Positions 36,628-46,828 of a stretch of DNA of 64,000 bases are shown here, one piece after another (position 1 is the stretch's first letter; every line of letters starts with the position of its first letter). The notes beneath the pieces were generated by a model. The model saw only the letters and a list, made by a program, of their open reading frames with translations. It made no database searches and was not told the origin of the DNA. This stretch comes from an uncultured virus (IMG/VR IMGVR_UViG_3300027373_000191) (taxonomy: Duplodnaviria; Heunggongvirae; Uroviricota; Caudoviricetes), in the IMG/VR virus record IMGVR_UViG_3300027373_000191; one strand, written 5' to 3'. Position numbers and translations under genes: made by a program.

Positions 36628-37274
36628 TTTTTTAATATGTTCTCAGCATCTTCCCAATCTTCGGCGATGCTGAAATTTCTCAATATTTCCTGTTTCTTTT
36701 TTTTCGAAACGAAAAGATCAAAATAACTTTCATCAGTTATTTTTGCATTCCATTTCCTTAACATAAGAATTACTTTGATTCCTGCCCCAGCAATAGAAAG
36801 GGCTATTCTTGGGTCATCTTCAATAAGAACATTAGCTCCTATTTTTTTACAAAGCATTAACTTATCTGACTCTACATAAATACCATTACATCTCCCTCCC
36901 TTTTTTTGAAAATCATGCGCCAGTTTTTTTTCTATTAACGAAACGCTTCCATTAAGTCTAGGTCTATTGTCATATACGATATAGACAAGAGTCTCGGAAT
37001 CAACGCCATTAGATACGCATAAACTATTTATTGTCTCTATAGAATGATTGTAATATTTGGATAATGAAAAATAACTATTCTCTATTTCATCAAAATAATT
37101 TATACATCCCAATTGTCTACAATTATCCCAAGAGTCAGGCCCTATATATATAGAATCAAAATCATTGTCGGTGGAATCATTACCCTTTGATTTCATATCT
37201 ATAATATCAAACAAATATTGATCCTTAGAAATAGTACCACCGTAATCTATTAATATTTTTAGATTATTGTCCAT
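36615..37274 (-). CDS. HAD-like 5'(3')-nucleotidase family protein
   Basis: ILIDYGGT, K..CK, LIEDDP, WN motifs. Confidence 0.65.
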   Translation of the reverse strand: MDNNLKILIDYGGTISKDQYLFDIIDMKSKGNDSTDNDFDSIYIGPDSWDNCRQLGCINYFDEIENSYFSLSKYYNHSIETINSLCVSNGVDSETLVYIVYDNRPRLNGSVSLIEKKLAHDFQKKGGRCNGIYVESDKLMLCKKIGANVLIEDDPRIALSIAGAGIKVILMLRKWNAKITDESYFDLFVSKKKKQEILRNFSIAEDWEDAENILKKWRK

Positions 37275-37285
37275 AAAAATAGTCC

Positions 37286-38749
37286 TTAAAATATCTTATT
37301 ACATTTTGTTTGAGATTTAATTTCTTGTAATTTTGAAGATTCATTTTCACTAATACCATAAAAATTAAATACGTCTTTTCTTTTTACTATTGCATTGATT
37401 CTATTCTCAGTTATTTTACAGTTTTCACCAACAAGATCAATATGAACAAAATCTCTATTTAATCGCCATGAGACCGCTGCTGTTGTTCCACTTCCGCCAA
37501 ATGGATCAAGAACAATTTGATTCTCTTTAGAATATCCGCCAATAAAATATTCCGCCAGACCAATAGGCATCTGAGCCTTATGATGGCTTCCTTCAAAATT
37601 TTGAGTTGGAGAGACCACATAATGCTCTTCTAAATATTCATATTCATCAAATGTCATCATATTGTGGTGACTGACTACATAATTTCTATCGGCAGCACCA
37701 ATATCATTATAACATTGAGCATCATTCATCTCATGTTTAGTTTGTTTTCTTAATTTTTTAAAATCTCTTCTAGTAGATATACTTAAATTTGTTGCCTTAT
37801 AGGGACTTTTAAGATAATTATAATTTTTATTAATCAATTTTGGATGTGAACCAAATACGAAGATATGTTCCCAAGCCAATGTACCTGCACGAGTTCTCTT
37901 ATTGGGAAAAGGGTCACAATTTTTAACAAGAAGACCATTTCCTAAGCAAATTCTATTTGGCTTTTCCGACAATGATATTGTCCAAAAAACATTTTCTTTA
38001 CTTTTTCTAATATCAGCAACAATAAAATCTGATTCTTCGTTATTTGGAATTTTTGCAGATAACAAATTGTCACCTATTTTTAAATCTTTAGCTTCAACAA
38101 TATCATTATTTTTTAAAATAAATTTATGATCATCAGTAGAATTTACGGAATATCCGCTTTCTAATATTATCTCTAGTCCTTGGTTCTTATCTGATTTGCC
38201 AAAATAATGAACATTATTCCATTTTTCTCCATCCCAAATATCAACTTCATTTGGATTTCTTTTTACTAAGTCTTTAATCATTACAGAACCTATTGATCCA
38301 TTTATTTTAGAATAAATATATGTATCTGAAGAAAGACATTTTATCCAAGGGACCTTATCAATTAATTTAAAATTTGTTTTATCAATAATTTCAAACATTA
38401 ATCTTTCTGGATAAAGAGAAGCGAAACCATCTTGATATTTTTCTCCAATATTAAGAATAAAAACACATCCGTCTTCATGTTTCAATAATCTATCTATCTC
38501 TTTTACATAAGGAATAAATCTATCGACAAAATCTTTTGTACTTAATTGACCTAAATCTCTGGGGTCTCCATGTTCTGAATATTCTCTGAAGTTTCCAGCA
38601 TATGGCGGTGAGGTAAAAACAAGATCAACACTTTTGTCTGGAAGATTCTTCATTACTTCTAAAGAATCTCCACATAATATCATTGATTCTTCAATCTTTT
38701 TTATTTTATCGGGAATAGAATATAATGATAAAAAATTATTATTCGTCAT
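37286..38749 (-). CDS. N4-C/N6-A DNA methyltransferase (beta class) with mini-intein
   Basis: GDSLEVM, FTSPPY, WIK|CDPFP, H.AQMP, VLDPFGGSGTT. Confidence 0.92.
   Translation of the reverse strand: MTNNNFLSLYSIPDKIKKIEESMILCGDSLEVMKNLPDKSVDLVFTSPPYAGNFREYSEHGDPRDLGQLSTKDFVDRFIPYVKEIDRLLKHEDGCVFILNIGEKYQDGFASLYPERLMFEIIDKTNFKLIDKVPWIKCLSSDTYIYSKINGSIGSVMIKDLVKRNPNEVDIWDGEKWNNVHYFGKSDKNQGLEIILESGYSVNSTDDHKFILKNNDIVEAKDLKIGDNLLSAKIPNNEESDFIVADIRKSKENVFWTISLSEKPNRICLGNGLLVKNCDPFPNKRTRAGTLAWEHIFVFGSHPKLINKNYNYLKSPYKATNLSISTRRDFKKLRKQTKHEMNDAQCYNDIGAADRNYVVSHHNMMTFDEYEYLEEHYVVSPTQNFEGSHHKAQMPIGLAEYFIGGYSKENQIVLDPFGGSGTTAAVSWRLNRDFVHIDLVGENCKITENRINAIVKRKDVFNFYGISENESSKLQEIKSQTKCNKIF
37919..38338 (-). 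mobile_element. mini-intein (140 aa, no endonuclease)
   Basis: Begins CLSSDTYI, block B TDDH, AKDLKIGD, ends LLVKN before C. Confidence 0.85.
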
Positions 38750-39122
38750 CTTGAATCGATCCGGGCCTTTCTATATTTAGTAATTCTGTTAAATTAACTG
38801 GTTTTCTTCTCTTAACTTCCTTTTCTATTTCCATTTCTTTATTATTAATTGATTCTATATCCACAGGATCATTATCTATTTCCATAGACGACAGAACAGT
38901 AACTGTTGCCTTTTCTCTTGATGGCAATGAGACGGCGGTTATAATTTCGTTAGTAGATGTTTTTTGATTAAATTTTCTAGGATTTCTTGGAGAAATACAA
39001 TTTCCAGAATCATCAACTATCTCCACTAATTCATCAACGACGATTCTGGTCTTTGTCCTTGTTATTTCGAACTCATATTCCAATGGATTCTCTGATTTTA
39101 TTATATATTTGTTTATTATCAT
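38739..39122 (-). CDS. hypothetical protein
   Basis: 127 aa, overlaps both neighbours. Confidence 0.6.
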   Translation of the reverse strand: MIINKYIIKSENPLEYEFEITRTKTRIVVDELVEIVDDSGNCISPRNPRKFNQKTSTNEIITAVSLPSREKATVTVLSSMEIDNDPVDIESINNKEMEIEKEVKRRKPVNLTELLNIERPGSIQDDE

Positions 39123-39913
39123 ATTTTTTTCCTTTTATTTTTCCTTTTTTTCTTTTTATCTGGTTCTAAAAAAACTTGTCTTATATTTAGTTTTTCTAAT
39201 ACTTTTTTTATCTTTGGCCTACTCCTCCATATGGCGTTATCTACACTTTTTTGATCATATTCGATGTCGCCATTTTTCTCTTGTTTTGTTAAATTAAGTT
39301 TTTCGGCAATTTCACGGTATGTGTATCCCTCCATAAATCTTAAAACAAAAACTTTTTTTTCCATATTAGACAATACTTTTGATATTTCTTCAACTAAAAA
39401 TTCTTCATAATCTTTTTGAATGATATCATAACCATAATACGAATTCTCTGAAGATTGTGTGTTGTCTAAATCAGAGACTTTATCCATAAAAGAAATAGTT
39501 TCACCATCTTGATTCTTCGTTTCATCATCAAGACTATAAGAAGTATTTAATATTGATCTTTTTTTTGCTTGTTCCTTGTTTATAGAAGTTATTATGTGCT
39601 TTCTTATACTAGATTGAGCAAAAAAAGTAAAGCTGCCTTTATCTGAATCATATTTCTGGATAACATTCAGTAGTTTTATAGCCCCCTCTTGATAGATATC
39701 TTTTGGTTCAGCACCCTGAATAAAGAATTCTTTAGTCAAATAACATATATAATTATGTAAGTGTCCTAAAATTTTTCTATAAGCGTCTTCATCGCCATCT
39801 TTTGCCAAGATGACGTTTTCGTTTAATATCTCTTTAGATAATTTTTTTGGTTCTACATCAGGAAATAAATTCTTATAATAATCGTTGTTGTTTTTCAAAA
39901 CCAATACCTCCAA
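39119..39913 (-). CDS. SigH-like sigma-70 factor
   Basis: FFIQGAE..DIYQEG, SF..FA...I..HIITSI, LNTSYSLD, EGYTYREIA, KSVDNAI.R match SigH hallmarks. Confidence 0.88.
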   Translation of the reverse strand: MEVLVLKNNNDYYKNLFPDVEPKKLSKEILNENVILAKDGDEDAYRKILGHLHNYICYLTKEFFIQGAEPKDIYQEGAIKLLNVIQKYDSDKGSFTFFAQSSIRKHIITSINKEQAKKRSILNTSYSLDDETKNQDGETISFMDKVSDLDNTQSSENSYYGYDIIQKDYEEFLVEEISKVLSNMEKKVFVLRFMEGYTYREIAEKLNLTKQEKNGDIEYDQKSVDNAIWRSRPKIKKVLEKLNIRQVFLEPDKKKKRKNKRKKI

Positions 39914-39967
39914 TAAAATATTTTATTTATTGGAGATATAGTTGTTTAATAATGGCGATATGTCAAT

Positions 39968-42475
39968 TTATTTTTTTGATGTATTTTCTAATAGATGTAC
40001 AATACATGTATTAAGGACTAAATCTGGTCTTGGCATATATGCCAGATCTCTCATATAACTGGAAATGATTCGAACAATAACTACTAATTTATTAAAATCA
40101 ATAGTATCTCTTAGGCTTACCCAGTCTTTTAAAATACAGTCTTCAATAAAAAGATGCTCGTGGCTCCCTATACTTTTACTTATCAACATATCGTTAGTGA
40201 ATTCAAGAAGATTTATAAAAACTTCTTTTGGATCCTTACCATCGCCATTCACAAGTAAATTCGTTAAAAGTATAGATTTCTTATAATCATGAGAACAGAT
40301 ACTCTTTAGTAGATCGAATATTCTTTTTTGTTCAGCCATTCCAAGAATATCTAATGCGTCCTTTTCTTTTATTTCTGACCCACATCTACCAATAACTGCA
40401 TCCAAGTTGCTCAGTGCGTCTCTAACGCTACCTCCTGAGGCTCTGGCGATAGCCTGTAGTGCCTTTTCTTCTACGTTATCTATCTCCTCTTTTTCACATA
40501 TACTCCTCAAGTGATCTATTATCTCTGATTGTTTTAATTTCTTCAGTTGAAACCTTTGACACCTTGAATGAATGGTCGGTAATACTTTTTGAGGATCTGT
40601 AGTCGCCAGAATAAACATAGAATGTGCTGGCGGTTCTTCTAGAATTTTCAGCAAGGCACTGCAAGCTGGCCCCCTTAGACAGTGTACTTCATCGATTATA
40701 AAGACTCTTTTCTTGCCTATCATAGGCACGTTATAGGCTTCTCTTCTTATTTCCCTAATATCATCAATTGAATTATTACTTGCAGCATCTAACTCTCTAA
40801 TATCAGGAAATTTTCCAGCATCAATCATCTTTATATATTTATCATCATTAGGATAATCTATTCGTGGAGCATCTTCACAATTGACTATTTTACCAAGAAT
40901 TCTGGCCAACGAGGTATTGTGACTAACTATAGAATTTGATACAAAAGAATTAGATTTTGGAATATTTAAATCACAAACATATCCTTCTCCCCCTTTTATA
41001 TCCTTGACTGTATCATAAAAATATTTTTTATCATATATTGATTTTATTTTATTATATTCAAATTTAGATATCTGTTTTAACGGGCACAAAATATCGTTTA
41101 ATTTAGCATATGTTATATTTTTGGCAGTTAAAATATTTGTTTTTACGAAAAAACCGCCTTTTAACTGTATTTTTTCGTTAAATTCATTAAAAATTTTACC
41201 ACCTTTATTATATCTATATTTTTCTTTAAACAAGTTTATATATTCTTTAACATATGGAATTATATCTATATTTGTATTAGCCTTTTTACCACAATAAGTA
41301 TGTTCCATTACTTTTTTAAATTTGCTTTTATTTCTAACTCCTATATTTTTGAAAAATATATCAAGGTTATCTATGCAACTTATTCTTATTGAATGATAAT
41401 ATTTGTCATATTTTTTATTATACTTTTTGCAATAAGAACAATGGATACCGAATACAGTCGTTAATATTGAATGTAATTGTCTAATTATATTTTCATTATT
41501 TAATGTTAATTCAATATTATTTTCATTAGCTATTCCGTCTGAATCAAAAAGTCCAGATATAAAATTTGATAAATTATTTTTATTAGTTTTTAAAATTATA
41601 TGTGGAATAACTTTATCATTTGATTTATTATATCCAATACCTAAATTTTTAAGAAATATTCTAATTTTCAATCCACACACTCTTATGTTGTATAGACTTT
41701 CCTTTCTTTTGTCTTTTGATATTGACACTTCTGTGTTTAAACTATTTTTTATTATATTTTTTAATAAAATTATCATATCATTTTCAGCACAACTTATGCC
41801 AACGGATGTTTTTTTACAAGTATGACCATCTCCAATAATATATCCTAACAAATATGACATATCTTCCGACATTATTGTTGGTAATTTAGTATTTTTATAT
41901 TTAGTAAAATATCTATTATTATTAAATTTATTACATATTTCTTCTTCCGTAATATCAACGATCTTTTGTATATTATTTCCATTATCATAATCAAAATTTG
42001 CTCTAGATATAGGAATTATATCACCAATCAATATATCTTCCGCTTTCTTGTATTTAAACTCTAAATTTTTATCAAACACCAAAATAGGATGATTTAATGA
42101 GCATTTAATTTTATATCCTCTTTTTGTTGTTATTTCTTTTGTCTTCTTTTTACCTCCATAATAAAAATAAGAAGACTCATTAAATAGGTTGTCTTTCCCT
42201 AAGATGTTTATTTTTAATTCTTCTACATTTCCTTCTTTATTATTAGATATATCATTTTTGGCGAGTTCACCAATCTTAAATATACCTTTATCTGTAAAGA
42301 TCAATGTTTCTGGGTCCAAACATTTCCCTGTTCCGCGAATTCCAGTAAAAAGGTAGGCATGACTAAGTCTCCCGTCTCTTACAGAATTAGCCAATGTCTT
42401 TTTAACATGGTCTTGGCCTACCATCTCTTCTAGATTATTGGGTCTATATTTTTGATATAGAGCAATTTTATTCAT
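39968..42475 (-). CDS. dnaX: DNA polymerase III gamma/tau clamp-loader subunit with intein
   Basis: LYQKYRP, GQDHV, HAYLFTGIRGTGK|TS, ELDAASN, IIDEVH, LLKILEEPP, SRCQ. Confidence 0.95.
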   Translation of the reverse strand: MNKIALYQKYRPNNLEEMVGQDHVKKTLANSVRDGRLSHAYLFTGIRGTGKCLDPETLIFTDKGIFKIGELAKNDISNNKEGNVEELKINILGKDNLFNESSYFYYGGKKKTKEITTKRGYKIKCSLNHPILVFDKNLEFKYKKAEDILIGDIIPISRANFDYDNGNNIQKIVDITEEEICNKFNNNRYFTKYKNTKLPTIMSEDMSYLLGYIIGDGHTCKKTSVGISCAENDMIILLKNIIKNSLNTEVSISKDKRKESLYNIRVCGLKIRIFLKNLGIGYNKSNDKVIPHIILKTNKNNLSNFISGLFDSDGIANENNIELTLNNENIIRQLHSILTTVFGIHCSYCKKYNKKYDKYYHSIRISCIDNLDIFFKNIGVRNKSKFKKVMEHTYCGKKANTNIDIIPYVKEYINLFKEKYRYNKGGKIFNEFNEKIQLKGGFFVKTNILTAKNITYAKLNDILCPLKQISKFEYNKIKSIYDKKYFYDTVKDIKGGEGYVCDLNIPKSNSFVSNSIVSHNTSLARILGKIVNCEDAPRIDYPNDDKYIKMIDAGKFPDIRELDAASNNSIDDIREIRREAYNVPMIGKKRVFIIDEVHCLRGPACSALLKILEEPPAHSMFILATTDPQKVLPTIHSRCQRFQLKKLKQSEIIDHLRSICEKEEIDNVEEKALQAIARASGGSVRDALSNLDAVIGRCGSEIKEKDALDILGMAEQKRIFDLLKSICSHDYKKSILLTNLLVNGDGKDPKEVFINLLEFTNDMLISKSIGSHEHLFIEDCILKDWVSLRDTIDFNKLVVIVRIISSYMRDLAYMPRPDLVLNTCIVHLLENTSKK
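40916..42322 (-). mobile_element. intein with LAGLIDADG endonuclease (469 aa) in DnaX Walker A
   Basis: Begins CLDPET, SLNHP, LLGYIIGDG, ISGLFDSDG, ends VSHN before T. Confidence 0.93.
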
Positions 42476-42478
42476 AAT

Positions 42479-43411
42479 TTATATCAATTCCTTTCTAATA
42501 CACGTTACTTTTACATCGTCATACTGTTGAAGATTATATCTTCTATCAAATTCTTTTTTACATATATCACAGTAATTACTGCTTAAATCGACAGATATTG
42601 AATTTCTTCCTGAATCTGCTGCCGCCAATGATGTTGTCCCTATCCCGCCGAATGGATCTAGAACATAATCTTCTGGATACGAGTATAATTTGATAACTCT
42701 ATATGCTAATTCTTCAGGGAATGGACATGGGTGATCCATTTTGTTAACTTTTTTCTTTCCAAATATTTTTTTAACTGGTCTTATCTTCCAAACTCCAATA
42801 TCAGATTCAATAAATGTTTCTTTTTCTATTGAATATTTTAGGTCTTTTCTTTTTTCGAATGTACCTGATTTTTGAAACACATGAAGATATTCATAAAGAT
42901 CGATAATAGAAGGGTTGACTGGACTTCGCCAAGATCCCCATGCTGTTGAACTTTCTTCTCTTCCTTTATACCAAATATGAGTTCCCCTATAAATATATCC
43001 TCTTTTTTCACAAAGCTCTTTATAGAGAAAAAATATAGGTGGGTATCTCGACCCAGCCCCAATCTTTATATCTCTTATATTTATTATAAGACGGCCAGCA
43101 GGGTCCAACAATCTATCCGACTGTTCAATAAAGGGGAGGATAGTTTTATCTAAATAGTCATCAATAGACTCTTTATCATTATATATATCATAATCTATGT
43201 CTGTATTATATGGTGGCGATGTGAAAATTAATTTTACTTTTATCCCCAATGAATCTATCAGCTCATTCAATGAACTGTTATTTGAATTTCCATTTAGAAT
43301 AAAATGATTGGTTGATTTTTTTTCGTATTCTTCTGTCTCTAACATTTCTTTTATCTTTGTGTTTTCTACTTCTAATTCTTTCTCTATTTCTGTTTCACGA
43401 AGAATCTCCAT
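42479..43411 (-). CDS. N4-C/N6-A DNA methyltransferase (beta class)
   Basis: FTSPPYN, STAWGSW.SP.NP, HPCPFPEEL, VLDPFGGIGTT. Confidence 0.93.
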   Translation of the reverse strand: MEILRETEIEKELEVENTKIKEMLETEEYEKKSTNHFILNGNSNNSSLNELIDSLGIKVKLIFTSPPYNTDIDYDIYNDKESIDDYLDKTILPFIEQSDRLLDPAGRLIINIRDIKIGAGSRYPPIFFLYKELCEKRGYIYRGTHIWYKGREESSTAWGSWRSPVNPSIIDLYEYLHVFQKSGTFEKRKDLKYSIEKETFIESDIGVWKIRPVKKIFGKKKVNKMDHPCPFPEELAYRVIKLYSYPEDYVLDPFGGIGTTSLAAADSGRNSISVDLSSNYCDICKKEFDRRYNLQQYDDVKVTCIRKELI

Positions 43412-44124
43412 TAGCGTCCCTTTAACTTATTCATAAAATCTATAAATTTAGCGGAAGAGTAATCCACCAAATGTATTCCATTAGCAAACACGTTACCATT
43501 ATCTTCAAAATAAAGATGTTCAGTATCTATCTCCTCTTTGAAGAAAAATGTTCTTTTTCCACTTTTTCTAATATTTCTATATTTTTTAGAAGACTCTCCG
43601 TTATGCCCAATTGAAACATAAAATATTTTTCTAGGCTTTATATCTATATTTTCTACAAAAAAATCTATATCATACCTTATATCATGTTCTTTGGATTTAA
43701 CGATATTAGCCTGTGGAAATGCTTCTTTGATCTTACTAATGCAATCTATTTCTCTTATTATAGCTGCATAAATCTGATAGACCCTTGCGGTTAATATCTT
43801 TTCTTTAGTAAGGCCGTCTTCTATCTTTCCATTAATAGAGAATGCTTCTATGTTTTTCACAAAAAAATCAGCATACATTTGCCAAGGGTGTATCTTTTCT
43901 TCGATTAAAAAAATATCAATAATCAGAGAAACTAGAACTGGATTTATCTTTATATTTTTTCTTGCTATAATAAAATTTTCTCTATCATATTCCCATGAAA
44001 ATATGTCTTTTTTATTTTCGTTATATTTTTCCAGTATATCCTCAAAATGATATAGCCCATTCTTGTTAGAAGATATTTTTCCTATATCTATATCTTTTAT
44101 TTCATCTACGTATTTAACTGACAT
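43411..44124 (-). CDS. putative PD-(D/E)xK restriction-endonuclease-like protein
   Basis: R.Y..YAAIIRE...HDIRYDIDF; coupled (TAATG) to the methyltransferase. Confidence 0.45.
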   Translation of the reverse strand: MSVKYVDEIKDIDIGKISSNKNGLYHFEDILEKYNENKKDIFSWEYDRENFIIARKNIKINPVLVSLIIDIFLIEEKIHPWQMYADFFVKNIEAFSINGKIEDGLTKEKILTARVYQIYAAIIREIDCISKIKEAFPQANIVKSKEHDIRYDIDFFVENIDIKPRKIFYVSIGHNGESSKKYRNIRKSGKRTFFFKEEIDTEHLYFEDNGNVFANGIHLVDYSSAKFIDFMNKLKGR

Positions 44125-44127
44125 TTT

Positions 44128-44622
44128 CTATTTCCTGTTATATTCGAAATTTGTGAAAAAATCATTATCTTCTTGATTATATAGATTGAAGTCACTAATA
44201 TCTGGATTGAATATCAAACAATTATCATTAATCTCTACCTTATTTTTTTTAATTACATTTAAGAAAATTTTATCTATAAGATTCTTTTCTAGAAATTGAT
44301 TATATACAAAAAGGCCACCAATTACAAACATTTCTTTATTATCGCCAAAATTATATTTATTAAAACATTCAATAGACTCTTCAATTGAAGAAACGGCGAT
44401 TATTTCATCATTATCTATCGATTCTTTATCTTTTGTTAAAACAATATTAAGTCTATCATTAAGAGGCTTTTTTAAGGTATTGTATGTTTTCCTTCCCATG
44501 ACTACAGTTTTATTTATTGTCATCTTCTTAAAAAACTGTAAATCTTCTTTACATCTCCAAGGTATATTCCCGTTTTTTGCCAAAACAAAATCTTCATTTA
44601 CAGCAGCAATCAAAGATATCAT
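44128..44622 (-). CDS. folA: dihydrofolate reductase
   Basis: ISLIAAV, IPW...EDLQFFK, VMGRKTY, PL.DRLNIVLT, VIGG. Confidence 0.95.
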   Translation of the reverse strand: MISLIAAVNEDFVLAKNGNIPWRCKEDLQFFKKMTINKTVVMGRKTYNTLKKPLNDRLNIVLTKDKESIDNDEIIAVSSIEESIECFNKYNFGDNKEMFVIGGLFVYNQFLEKNLIDKIFLNVIKKNKVEINDNCLIFNPDISDFNLYNQEDNDFFTNFEYNRK

Positions 44623-45338
44623 GTAATTTTAATTCCTCTAACAACAAATGGAGTCACTAGTCCCCAATTATCTTCATTAATTAATTTTTTAAAAGCTTCC
44701 ATTCTATAGGTAGTTAATTTTAATGGAGGTTGTTTCGATGCTAACCAAGAGTATCTTGCTTTAACATAAGCTATTGTCCATTTTTTCTCATCACCACCAT
44801 ATAACGGTGGGACTTCGGGAAATAATTTTCTTACAGTAGCAAATGAACCTTGAATGGTGGAATCATAAACAACAGCTACAGATAGAGGCAAAACTAATCC
44901 TAATTTTCTACTAATAGATAATGCGGGATTAAAATATGCCTCATCGAAAAATGTATCCTGAACAATTTTCATATTATAATCATTCTTACCTAAATATCTT
45001 AAAATATTTTTAAAACATTCACAATTATTAAGTTCTTGATCTTTCACCTTTAATCTAGGTAAAAAGAAGTTTTCGAGAGCCTTAACCTTAATATTTAATT
45101 CAGAATCCTCTATCTCTTTATTAGAATAGAAATCTATATATTTTTTTATCAATATATAGAGATTTCCTGAATTCAGTGTAGTTTGCGATTTACCGTATGT
45201 TAGTCCACCAGAGTCACCATGCATAACAGTTACATTAGAATAATCTCCTTGTGCAGATCCTGTCTCGAAAATATTAATAATTTGTTCTATTTCTCTTTTT
45301 TTATCCATTATATCCATAGTTTTTACCTTCTTTCTCAA
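44619..45338 (-). CDS. chitosanase/lysozyme-fold glycosidase (candidate endolysin)
   Basis: INIFETG, GD.GGLTYG.SQTT, VQD.FFD..YFNPA, VYDS.IQG. Confidence 0.75.
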   Translation of the reverse strand: MRKKVKTMDIMDKKREIEQIINIFETGSAQGDYSNVTVMHGDSGGLTYGKSQTTLNSGNLYILIKKYIDFYSNKEIEDSELNIKVKALENFFLPRLKVKDQELNNCECFKNILRYLGKNDYNMKIVQDTFFDEAYFNPALSISRKLGLVLPLSVAVVYDSTIQGSFATVRKLFPEVPPLYGGDEKKWTIAYVKARYSWLASKQPPLKLTTYRMEAFKKLINEDNWGLVTPFVVRGIKIT

Positions 45339-45834
45339 AAGTCCCTTTACCGTCTTTTGTTAAATATGACTTACCTATCATTCTTACTTTGCCTTCTCTT
45401 CGCAACATTTCAAGAGAGACATCTATCATGAAAATAGATAAATACTTAATTAATTGTTCTTGAGTAAGGAAAACATCTTTTGCTGTCTCTAGTTGAACTA
45501 TCATAGCTAAAAGTATAATTATGTCCATTAATTTTTCATCATCTGTATTTTCTGTATCATTTTCTTCATATAGATCTTCTGTTAATTTTTCAAAATCATT
45601 ACCACCCCAATCTATTTCATCTGTTTCTTCATCATACAAAATAGAGTCATTATCTTTTTCTTCCACCTTATCTTTTAACTCATCAAAATTAACATAAAAG
45701 CATAAACTATCATATATATCTTCTAATTCTTCAAATGTTAGATTTTCCATATAATCAAAAACACTACTCTCTCCTACTATAAGTTTATTTGAATCTATTA
45801 ATTCAAATATCAAAGAACTATATTTATTATTCAT
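45301..45834 (-). CDS. hypothetical acidic protein
   Basis: 177-aa D/E-rich ORF. Confidence 0.6.
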   Translation of the reverse strand: MNNKYSSLIFELIDSNKLIVGESSVFDYMENLTFEELEDIYDSLCFYVNFDELKDKVEEKDNDSILYDEETDEIDWGGNDFEKLTEDLYEENDTENTDDEKLMDIIILLAMIVQLETAKDVFLTQEQLIKYLSIFMIDVSLEMLRREGKVRMIGKSYLTKDGKGTFEKEGKNYGYNG

Positions 45835-45901
45835 ATTAAATATTCCTTAAACCGCCATTTGCGCCTTTATTGAAGGGATCGCCATATATAATATCAACAC
45901 A

Positions 45902-46828
45902 TTGAAGGATATTTTGACGATATTTTTGTATATATTCGTATACGATAAAACAAAAGGTTGGTTCAATATGTATTCTGGTATATATAAAATTACAAATAGA
46001 AAAAATGGTAGATTCTATATAGGTAGTGCTAAAAATATAGAGAAAAGATGGAAAAGACACATTTTTTGTTTAAAGAAAGGTATCCACGAAAATATCTTTC
46101 TTCAAAGAAGTTGGGACAATGATTGTGAGGAAAACTTTTATATAGAAGTATTAGAGGAAGTAGACGACATTAATCTATTGTTGGTAAAAGAACAATATTT
46201 TCTTGACAAATTAAAACCTTTCCCACCAAATGGTTACAATATAGGGTTAAAAAGTTCTGGTGGAGACAACTTAACTAATCATCCAAATAGAGCAAAAATT
46301 ATAGAAAAAATAAAAAAAAGTTTAAAGACAACAATAAGCAATATGACTCAAGACGAAAAAAAAGTAAGATGGGCTAGATTTGGAGAAAAAAATCCAAATT
46401 ATGGGAAAAGGTGGAATAAAGATCAAAAAGAAGCCGCCAGTAGAAGAATGGAAATATTTATGAGCAAGAAGGAAAATAAGGAAAAAACTTCAAAAACAAT
46501 AAAGAAATTATGGGAAAATGAAAAATATAGAGAAAAAATGACCTTATTAGCCAAAGAAAGAACTGGTAATAAAAATCATTTTTTTGGAAGGTCCCATTCG
46601 GAAGAAACTAAAAATTTTCTCTCTAAAACTAAAAAAGAAAAATTTCTATCGCAAACGCCCCAAGAGAGATACAATGAATCTCGCCAAATAAGAAAAGTAT
46701 CTATAGATGGCGAGATTTATTATGGACTATCAGAATCGGCAAGGCAATTAGGTGTATGTCCAGCAACAATATGTTTTAGGATAAAATCTAAAAATCCTAA
46801 ATTCATTAATTATAAATATATAGATTAA
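45902..46828 (+). CDS. free-standing GIY-YIG homing endonuclease with NUMOD3-like repeats (likely start ATG 45968)
   Basis: SGIYKITN...FYIGSA...RW, EQYFLD, YN, GEKNPNYGK, FFGRSHSEETK. Confidence 0.92.
   Translation: MKDILTIFLYIFVYDKTKGWFNMYSGIYKITNRKNGRFYIGSAKNIEKRWKRHIFCLKKGIHENIFLQRSWDNDCEENFYIEVLEEVDDINLLLVKEQYFLDKLKPFPPNGYNIGLKSSGGDNLTNHPNRAKIIEKIKKSLKTTISNMTQDEKKVRWARFGEKNPNYGKRWNKDQKEAASRRMEIFMSKKENKEKTSKTIKKLWENEKYREKMTLLAKERTGNKNHFFGRSHSEETKNFLSKTKKEKFLSQTPQERYNESRQIRKVSIDGEIYYGLSESARQLGVCPATICFRIKSKNPKFINYKYID

Noticed and set aside
42960..42980. HIWYKG in the methyltransferase as another WYK tag
   Set aside because: This is the conserved IWxK motif of beta-class methyltransferases, inside the fold and lacking the x[A/S] ending
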